This document shows positions 54,081 to 64,000 of a stretch of 64,000 bases of DNA, in pieces. The stretch lies in NCBI RefSeq assembly GCF_009914755.1, contig NC_060931.1, one strand, 5' to 3'. Every line of letters begins with the position of its first letter. The stretch's first letter is position 1. The position numbers and the translations under genes were made by a program. The notes under the pieces were generated by a model. The model was not told the origin of the DNA and ran no database searches. It was given only the letters and a program-made list of their open reading frames with translations. This DNA comes from the human T2T-CHM13v2.0 reference genome, Homo sapiens.

Positions 54081-57000
54081 CAAGAGCCTCTCCGGAGGGA
54101 GTGGCCAGAGAAGACTGCAGAGGAGAATGTGGGGTGGGAGATGCTGGAAAATGCCATCTGCCACAGCAGGCGGGGTGGGCGGGCGAGAGAAAGAGAGGAT
54201 GTGGCAGCTCCGTTTCCTGGGAGGTTTCACCCCCACTCTGGGAGGAAGACCCTTCAGCTCCACCTGGCCAGGAACCTGTTCTCACTTCTCCTTCCTTTTC
54301 AATGGAGATAACGTCTGTTATGCCTGACTCTAAAACCAAATGTGCTTGGTGCTGGGTTGGAGAGCAGAGTGCTGTGGAAATGTCCATTGATGTTGTTTTC
54401 TGAAAAGCCATTGGGCAGCATGAGAACAGAAGATGACACACTGCCCTTTTGCCCCTGGAGACCCAGTTCCATCTGGAAAGACAGCACTATAAACATGAGC
54501 TGTGGACTTTTGAAAATTGGAGACACTGCATGCAGAAAGTTCCAGGACCTCACCAAGCTGCATAGCTAGCAAGCAGCAGAGCAAGAGAGAGGCCAACATG
54601 GTACATTCTCAACCAGCCCAGCCCATCCTGTGCCATTTTTACCAAACCCTCACCCATTGGAACTCAGCGATCCGATTAGGACCATTATGGTGTCAGCTTC
54701 TTTCCAGGATGACATTGAGTAAGGAAATTCATTTTTAAAACTTTTAGCTGTTAAAAATGTAAACCAAGGCCCAAATTTTTACTTTAACAGGTCTCAGCAA
54801 GCTGAGAGGGTGACCCAACAGTGCAGCGCTGCTCTCAGCTGCCACGACCCACACAGTCGCTGGGAGGGAGGGTCCTGTGGAGGACGCATTGTCCATGGTT
54901 GCACTGCAAGGTGAGGTCTCAAAGCCATTGTTGTCCAAGGTTGCCTGGGCATTGAAGGCCTGGGGAGCAGGATGTGGTTTCTCCACGTTGTCTGATCCTG
55001 AGGGCAAGCATTTGATGTGTGAGTGGCTGCTGGAAAGCACTGGAATTCCCTAAGCAGATACAACACACTGGGGAGACAATGGCCATGAAGGTGAAAAAGT
55101 AATAGCCAAGGACCGAAAAGCTCCCTGGAGCAGAGACCCCGAGGAGCCGAGACTTAACCAGCTAAATCCATCAGTGGAGGAGGCAGCACCTGTAGATGGG
55201 AGACTTGTATTTGTTTCCTAAGTGCCTTTAGATTTTGGGTAATGATTTCTAATTTATTCACATAAAAACAATGTTTTGTTAGATCAATAAGAGCACAAAC
55301 TCCTCCTTACTAACCTGTTGAGGTGTCAAGAATGTGTACTTTGGAGTACCATTGAGGCTAAATTGTTCATTTCAGATTGTATTGCTTGAAGGGAATTCAA
55401 GGTATTGTTTTATGAAAACAAGAAAAGCGAAGGTTAACATTTGGAGCAAATTATGATCTTAGTGGCTGAGTCCAGAGGGCAGCTGTCAAGAAGATTTCCA
55501 GATATGAGTTTGAAGCTTCTTGAGATGGTGGAATGTGGACAGCAGGTGAGATCCAATGGACCTCTCTGGTTTGCAGCCGGCATGTCCCTGGTGATGTCAT
55601 CGGCTGTTCTGGTGAACCCTGAGTGACCGCGTGGCAGCGGCCATGAACACTGTCCATCCGTGGTCTGCCGCAGGGATTCTTCTAAGTTTAAAGTCATCCA
55701 GATTCAGTTTGCAGGGCTTGGGAGAAAAAGATAAGTATTCCACTTTTTTTTTCTTTCTTTTTTTTTTTTTTTTTTTTTGCAAAAGCTTATTTTATCAAAT
55801 GGCTGCAAGTTATAGACAGCTTAATAGAAAAAAAAAGGGTTCTTTAAATCTGAAAAATAAGATATTAAGGAGCCAGTAATGTTTCAAACAAAAAGTCATA
55901 AAAGTTACAATTATTCTAATAGTTAATTCAGTACCATATAATTAATGGTACTGAATTTTGTTTTGTTCAGTCTTTGCTTAGCGGTTTTATGAATCCATCA
56001 GTTTTTCGTTACAGTTCTGGAAATCCTTAATAGTATGATCTTAAAGTTATCAGACACAAGTACTTGTTACAGTTTTTCTCATGAATCTCTTGCAATTTTG
56101 TATCAAGCAACTGACAAGAAATTTGGTTGATTTGGTGACATGCCACATTTTAAGAACATAGTTAGAGTATGACTGATGATGTTATACCAGAACATATCAG
56201 ATTTTTAGAAATTTCATGTAATTTTTAAGCACTTCTATGACTAATACATATCCATGTATGTGTAACCTAAGATTCTGTATTTGACAGTGCTTCTCATGCA
56301 ATTTAACATATTCAATAAGCTCATTAGTTTAGCATCTCTCTTTTTATAAGGAGAGAAAATGTTCTTTTGATGTATTCCCCAGGGTCCCTCCTGAAAACTA
56401 CCAAAGTTAATTTGAGGTGAAAAAGACTTAATATAGAATTTGATTTTGGGATGCCGTTAAAAATGTCAAATGGCTTAAAACACTTAAGACCACAGGCCAC
56501 TGCGGAACAAGGCCAAAGTGACAGAAGATTTTAAAGGCAAATACAGAAAGCAGCTTAGTTGCCAAAAAAAAAATCTTAGCTTTTTTAGTATTGAAAAGAC
56601 TATTTTCTTAAGTAATCAAAGACCTGATAAAAGACAACATGAAGCATAAGAAATTAATCTGATAAAACACAAAATCATTGTTTTTTAGGCCAATTGCTTA
56701 AAAGGCAAAAAAACCTTTCATAATCAAGAGCAGACCAACTCCAAGAAAACTTTGTCCTTTTAACAAAGAGAAAGCAAAATTCCAACACAGCGTCAGCACT
56801 TCTTAAACTGTTTTTTAAACCTTATAAGTAAAATTATTCTAATCTTAGTTTGACCACATATAAATTTTTTTTCTCAGACTTTCTACAATTTTCTATATGC
56901 ATTAAATTTTTGTCTTACTCATTTTCTTCTTTATTCTGGAACAATCAGTTATCTTGCTTTAGGACAAAATCTCTTTTTTTCCTTAAACACAGATCTCGTA

Positions 57001-57139
57001 TATTTTTTCTCATTAAAAGCACATTCTACTTTCTTTGTACATTTTTCATACTCCATTGTTTGCTTCAGTCTTTATTTTTCTAGTGGTTTTAATGACACAT
57101 GTTAATTCAAATTCTTAATTCTTAGTGGCATTAATATTC

Positions 57140-57335
57140 ACTGTGAATTAGGAAGCACATGATGTCGTCGTTCTTAGCTGGCGTGTGCTCACTGAATTAG
57201 GAGGCACACGATGTCGTTCTTAGCTGGCGTGTGCTCACTGAATTAGGAGGCACACGATGTCGTCGTTCTTAGCTGGCGTGTGCTCACTGAATTAGGAGGC
57301 ACACGATGTCGTCGTTCTTAGCTGGCGTGTGCTCC
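57140..57335. repeat. ~49-bp tandem repeat x 4 (copy B only)
   Basis: actgaattaggaggcacacgatgtcgtcgttcttagctggcgtgtgctc repeated. Confidence 0.92.
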
Positions 57336-57701
57336 CTCAGCACAGGACACGCCTACCGGCAGACCCAGGTAGCTCCAGTTCCTCTATAAGCAGCCAAAAA
57401 TAATTCAGCTTTAATTTATTTTATGAAACATTGAACTTAATGTTTTAGTAGTTTATCGTATCCAGGCATGATCTAGATATTTAATAACTATTGTTTAAGT
57501 TAGTACAATTTTAGAGTTTCAAGTTTTCAAAAGTATTTTGGAAACTGTTTGTAGGCAGACATAACTCCTTGTCATCTCAGGATATTTTTCTTGTTGACAA
57601 ATTTTGTAACAGAAATTTTGTAAGCTTATTTGACTATTACAGCTAGGTAGAATATCCGTTTCTACTAAATCATCAATATTCTCATTTATTAAAAATGACT
57701 C

Positions 57702-57997
<296 letters not shown>

Positions 57998-58825
57998 TTA
58001 CTCAAGTTATGTGACCTTGAAAATGATTTGGGTTCATTTGTTTTCTGAGAAAATTTGTATAAGCACTTACTTTTCTTTAGGCCAGTAAAATAGAGCTCTT
58101 TTAATATTATTTCTAATAATACCATCCAGAGGTAGACTGATATAACATATAAATAACATACATACATATAGACGTACATAACCAAACAGATGCAGAGGTT
58201 CCTGGCTTCTGTTCTCAAATTGTAGCCCTGTGCCAGGAACGATAATATAAAACTCACTGGTCGGTCCAAATTGTGTTCTTGGCAGATAAAGTTACCTGTT
58301 CGGATGGCCAAAGTCTTTTGTTAATACATATGGAAAGGACTTTAAGATTTTCCATTTGCCAGTTTTTTTCTACAGTGTTCCCATTTTTTCTCCCTTCTGA
58401 TGCGTCATTTCCCAGATGCCTGCATTTTAAAGATTTCGGTATCTCTAAGGCAGGGAGAAAGGACATTAAGTTTTCTCCAGAAAGGAGCTGTGGGCATAGT
58501 TGCCTGTTGTCCGGGGTCAGCTTTATTGGGACCGTGGGCCGTGTTTAGGGGGTGGCCAGGAGACACTGGTGTGTTGACGAGTCCTTCTCCTCTTCAGCCT
58601 CAGGTGGCTGCTTTTGTAATAGCTCAGGGTTGTGTGCAAGAGGCCAAAATCTGAGTTAGTTGTTGCAGATGCCCCAGGCTCAGTGGAGGATTTAATTTGT
58701 AAGGAAGTTGGTTTTCAGAATCTTCTTATGGAAAAGGCAAGAAATCAAATGTTAGTAGACTCAAAATAGTGTTTTGTTCGAGTGCTGTAGAGATTCCTTT
58801 AGGGAGGCTGTATTTTGGAGTCCTC

Positions 58826-59415
58826 CTGTCTAAAATCAATCATCTGTATGCCAATCATTCTGTCTAAAATCAATCGGTATGCCAATCATTCTGTCTAAAA
58901 TCAATCTGTATGCCAATCATTCTGTCTCAAATCAATCGGTATGCCAATCATTCTGTCTAAAATCAATCGGTATGCCAATCATTCTGTCTAAAATCAATCT
59001 GTATGCCAATCATTCTGTCTAAAATCAATCGGTATGCCAATCATTCTGTCTAAAATCAATCTGTATGCCAATCATTCTGTCTGAAATCAGTCTGTATGCC
59101 AATCATTCTGTCTAAAATCAATCGGTATGCCAATCATTCTGTCTGAAATCAATCTGTATGCCAATCATTCTGTCTAAAATCAATCGGTATGCCAATCATT
59201 CTGTCTGAAATCAATCTGTATGCCAATCATTCTGTCTAAAATCAATCGGTATGCCAATCATTCTGTCTGAAATCAGTCTGTATGCCAATCATTCTGTCTC
59301 AAATCAATCGGTATGCCAATCATTCTGTCTAAAATCAATCTGTATGCCAATCATTCTGTCTCAAATCAATCTGTATGCCAATCATTCTGTCTGAAATCAG
59401 TCTGTATGCCAATCA
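58826..59415. repeat. 31-bp VNTR, 19 copies (in ERV copy B)
   Basis: gtatgccaatc from 58846 to 59404 = 18 intervals of 31 bp. Confidence 0.96.
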
Positions 59416-60744
59416 AAAAATATATTGCGTGGTTTGCAGATACTCACGATTCCTTGTTCTTGAATGTGCCCGTCCGTGAATGATTTCATGTGGAATAAAC
59501 TTCCCACTGTGGTCACTGTGACTCGGAGTCATCCCCCTGAGCTGCACCCATTTCTCCAGAAAGGCACGGGCTCTGGGTCTGTAGTTTCTGAACATATAAT
59601 TAGCTGGAGTTCCAGATGGGGTGTCCCAGACTCCATGGATTCTGATGAACCCATAATTCCCTGTTTTTCTCACATTTTTCTTACCTGAGGCCTCCGACTG
59701 GATCCAGGCCAGTTCCTGTAGAACACCCAGTTTCACTCTGGATCCCAGTCCAGGTTCCAGTGCAGTCCCTGTCAGACCCAGGCTGAGCTCTGGAATAAAA
59801 ACTGCTCCCATGGAGTCGGAGAGCTCAGGGTGCAAGTTGTGGAGCTCGACCTCCTAGAGGGGCTTCCCCTGTGGCCACCAAATGCAGCAAGACAGCAGTG
59901 GGTGCAGTGGCCCGGGGGCTGCCCACGCCTGGTTACTCGCTGCTCCTGGGGATCTCACTTCTGACAAGAGACTGTCAAAAAGGTAAACTGAGGCACAGTG
60001 CTGTGTTTAAAGAGTTCATTTGAGCAAGCAACAATTCATGAACCAGGCAGCTCCAAACCAGAGGTGGTTCAGGAACTCCCCTGAAGGAATGTGAGGGGGA
60101 GGCTTTTATAGACGACACAGAAGTAAAGCAAAGAATGTTGGCTTGGTTACACTTGCACAGCTGCCTTATTTGTTCTATCCCATTGGAAAGTCCCTCGTTG
60201 ATACGATTATTAAAGTTTGTTGGTTACTTCTGATTATTTATTCTGATATGATCCTTGATATGATAATAATTGATATTATTGATATCAATTATTGGTAGAT
60301 TGATATAATTGATATGATATTCTGGTATGATTACTAAAAGTTTGTTGGCTACTTCTGATTGTTCTGATAACTTAAGTTCTATTCTTTTTTAAAATGGGAA
60401 TTTACAAGAAATGGCTCAAGTTAAGTGTTGCTTATGTCTGCAAATCAATCAAGGTTGAGGTAATTTATGAGACCTGACTGGTTGTGTCTGCCCAGAGCTT
60501 CTTGATATCTGTTTCCTTTTAAATTTACTTTAAAATAGCCAGTCTAACAATATTACATGTGCTTCATGCATTTAACTTAAAAGATTGTTTTCTAAAGACT
60601 ATCTTTGTTTATGGTATAATATTATAAAATACTATTTTATTTTGAATTAAAAACATCTGTTTTTCAGGTAATATCAAAAGAGGATACCAACGTGGCCTTT
60701 AAGAATATACACGTTTTCCATGTAATTATTTCTCATTATTTGTT

Positions 60745-61315
60745 AGGGAAGTGCATTAGACACTCAGTGCAGAGGCTAAAATTAAAAAGGCTGATCATAC
60801 CAAGTCTTGGCAATGATATGGAGTAATAGCACTCACATTGTTGATCAGGGCATACATATGTGCAATCCCTTTGGAAAACTGTTTGGCAGTAGGTACTACG
60901 AACTAGACATATGTCCACTGATGACCTAACGATTCCTCTGCTAGGTACAAACCCAAGACAAATGTGTGTGTGTGTCCACCAGCATACACATCCAAGAGCG
61001 TCGTAGCCAATAAGTACAGACAACCCAGACATGCACTGACGGAACAGTGGGCAGTGGCCTGTGCTGTGGTCACACCTTGGCTCCCTCTGTGGCAGGAGAG
61101 GACAGGTGCACACAGAACAACAACACGTCACAGATGTGATGAAGTGGGGGGGAGCCAGACACAGGAGTCCTCAAAGCAGGAGCCCAACCCTAGAGTTTGA
61201 CGGCAGACACACTTTTCTGTGCTGATAGAAGTCAGAACAGTGACCCTCTGGGGCTGGGGTGATGACTGGGAAGAGGCACTGGGGACTCCTCCTGGGTGTC
61301 CGGAATGTTGTATAT
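60745..61315 (+). mobile_element. Ancient L1M 3' fragment
   Basis: aggctaaaattaaaaaggctgatcataccaagt.ttggca.tgatatggagtaa...ttggaaaactgtttggcagta. Confidence 0.6.
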
Positions 61316-61324
61316 GTTGATCGT

Positions 61325-62120
61325 GAGGGTGTGGCATGTGTGTGTGTGAGTAGCATGTGGCATGTCTGTGGTGTGTATGCTATATGGAGTATGTGTATGT
61401 GTGTGGTGTATGTAGTGTGTATATATGTGTGGTGTGTGTGTATTTGGTGTGTGTATGTGTGCTGTGTGTACTGTGTGTTGTGTGTACGTTGTGTGTATGT
61501 GTGGTGCATGTGGTGTGTGTGGGTTGTGACGTGTGTTGTGTAGCGTGTGGTATGTCTGGTGTGTTTGCCATGTGGTGTGTGTGTATGTGTGGTGTGTGTA
61601 TGTGGTGTGTGTATTTGGTGTGTGTGGTGTGTTTTGTGTGTAATGTAGTGTGTGTGTTGTGCATGTATGTGTATGTGTGTGTTGTGTGGTGTGTGTGTTG
61701 TATGTGTGTTGTGTGTATGTGTGTTGTGTGTTTTGTGTGTGGTCTAGTGTGTGGTGTGTGTATGTGTGGTGTGTATGTGGTGTGTGTATGTGTGTGGTGT
61801 GTGTCTTTGGTGTGTGTGTTGTATGTGTATGTGTGTGTATGGTGTGTGTGTGTGGTGTGTGTGTTTGGTGTATGTGGTGTGTGTTTTGTGTGTAATGTAG
61901 TGTGTGTGTTGTATGTGTGTTGTGCATGTATATGTGTGTGGTGTGTGTGGTGTGTATATGTGTGTTGTGTGTATGTGTGTTGTGTGTGTGTTGTGTGTGT
62001 GGTGTGTGTGTGGTGTGTGTGGTATGTGTCTTTGTGTGGTGTAGTGTGTGTGTCGTGTGTATGTATGTGTGTGTGTGGTGTGTGTGGTGTGTGTGTGGTG
62101 TAGTGTGTGTGGTGTGCATG
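61325..62120. repeat. Degenerate (TG)n low-complexity tract, ~0.8 kb
   Basis: Seen directly. Confidence 0.95.
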
Positions 62121-63171
62121 TAAGATCCATTATGTTACATAAGATCCATTCAGGTTATGTGCGTCCATTTTCTCAGTATTCTCAGGTGCACACAGGAAAA
62201 TGCCTTCTTCACAGAGAAGCACATAATGGTGGACGCTTGAGTCCATTTGGAGAAAGACTGAGAACACTAACGTTTAACTTCCTGGATTCTTCTCAGCCAG
62301 TTGGTGGATTTTCTTTTAAACTTTACACATTTTATGTGGCTTCAAGGGACAGCAAAATGTTACAAAACTGAAAGCCAAACAGAAATATGCCTTGAAGAAG
62401 TTGCAGACGCTGTTTTCTAAAAACACTGTTTTTGGTTCTGTCAGCAGGAAACGGCAGCTTTCTTTCTATGTCACAAACGATGGTGGCTCCTGGGGTCACC
62501 CAGTCAACAACAGCTGCCAAGACACCAGCTTCTCGAGGCACCGCCCTCCTGAGCTCTTGGCGCCACGAGGTCATTGGCCAAGCATTTGAAGAGTGAATCA
62601 CCGGTGTGCGCGTGGACACCCAGGCCACTGCTGGGACCCTGCGACCTAGGCTGGCTGCTGCCGCTGCCTCTGAGCAAGGGGCTTGGGAAGGGTGCCTCAA
62701 TAAGCTGCTGATTGCTGTGGCAGCTGTGCCCTCTTCTGCCAGCCTCTCTGCGAAATGATGTAAAACGTGCCCCAGAGCTGTCCCTCCGAGGGCCATGAAT
62801 GCCAAGGCACTCACCACCCTCTCCCTCCTTCCCCTGGCTGCTCCTGGGCAACAAGGCCCCACCAGAGACCCAGGTGGAAAGTGCGGGTTGTCTGAGCAAG
62901 GTGCGTCCTGAGAGGGGAATGCTGAGGGGCTGTGGGCAGGATGGCACTTCCCACCCACCAAGTGCTCAGAGTGTCAGCATTGTTTCCAAGTCACAGGTGA
63001 AAGTCGAAATACACACCCCCTTCCTTCAACACCTTTTCTTCAGTCACAAATTTGGTGTTTAAAACTAAAATGAAGTTAAGAAAGTGAACTATTTCAGACA
63101 AAACCTCCTTCCTCTTGATGCAACATAGTAAGAGATGTTGGTCCAGCTAAAATTATTTTCTCCTAATTAGA

Positions 63172-64000
63172 GAGACAACCCACAGCATGGATGGTTACAA
63201 ACTGTACATCTGATAAAGGGTTAATACCCAAAATATGTAAGGAACTCAACCCAATAGCAAGAAAACCTGATTTTTAAAATGGGCAAAAGACCTGAACAGA
63301 CATTTCTCAAAAGAAGACATACAAATAGCGAACAGGTTCATGAAAAAATGCTCAACATTACTAATCATTAGAGAAACGCAAATGAAAATCATGAGCTATC
63401 ACATCACACCTGTTGGAATGGATATTCTCAAAAAAGACGAAATGTAAGCGTTCATGGGGATGTGGCGAAAAGGGAATCCTTGTACCCTGTTGGAGAAAAC
63501 ATGAATTAGTTCAGCCATTGTGGAAAACAGTATGGAGGTTCCTCAAAACACTAAAACTACAACTACCATAGTTTCCGGCGATCCCACTACCGGGCTTACA
63601 GCCAAATGAAATGGAATCAGTATGTCGCACAGGCACCTGCACCCCCATGTTTACCACAGGACTACTCACCACAGTCACGATGTGGAAGAAACCTGTGTCC
63701 ATCAGAGGATGAATGGCTGAAGTAAATGTGGTATTACACAATGGAATACTAGTCAGCCTTAGAAAAGGAGAAAATTCTGTCACTTATGACAACATGGACA
63801 AACCTGGAGGACGTCATGTTAAGTGAAATAAGTCAGGCACAGAAAGGCAGATACTGAACGACCTCACTACAAGGGCTGAACTCATGGAAGCAGAGGGCGG
63901 GATGGTTGTTACCAGGGGCTGGGGAAGGAGGGAAGGGAGGAGATGGGGAGATGTCAGTCAAAGGCTGCAAAGCTTTAGTTAGGAGGAATACGTTCTAATG
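63172..64000 (+). mobile_element. L1MA/L1MB-type 3' fragment
   Basis: acatctgataaagggttaataccc...aaatgggcaaaagacctgaacagacatttctcaaaagaagacatacaaat...aacatggacaaacctggaggac. Confidence 0.85.

Noticed and set aside
54640-55050. Possible env remnant continuing ERV copy B
   Set aside because: Similarity to the env TM motif is too weak to call by eye; needs a Dfam or HMM search
61171-62130. His/Thr-rich and Cys/Val-rich ORFs
   Set aside because: Translations of degenerate (TG)n

Overview
Human (or very close great-ape) genomic DNA containing the 5' end of VIPR2 (VPAC2, class B GPCR; human 7q36.3 from knowledge of the gene) on the minus strand. It holds the CpG-island promoter, coding exons 1 (39233-39283), 2 (36957-37056) and 3 (3844-3951), the 33-kb intron 2 and about 24 kb of upstream DNA. 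The rest is interspersed repeats (Alu, L1, ERV1/ERVL/MaLR LTRs, DNA-transposon fossils) plus many minisatellites. Nearly all long ORFs in the supplied track are artefacts of repeats or GC-rich DNA. The main structure is a pair of related ERV1-type elements in inverted orientation (about 26385-29655 + and 56580-60510 -) bracketing the VIPR2 promoter and exons 1-2. Their flanks are old and diverged, with copy-specific Alu insertions. Two internal tracts (about 0.9 and 0.5 kb) are near-identical, which points to gene conversion and gives a substrate for inverting promoter plus exons 1-2. The upstream copy is sense to VIPR2 and carries TATA/CCAAT, an ATG and a consensus splice donor in phase with exon 3, next to a 31-bp VNTR with one CCAAT box per unit (19 vs 5 copies). 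Repeat-family names come from recalled consensus sequences, identities were estimated by eye, and functional claims are hypotheses.
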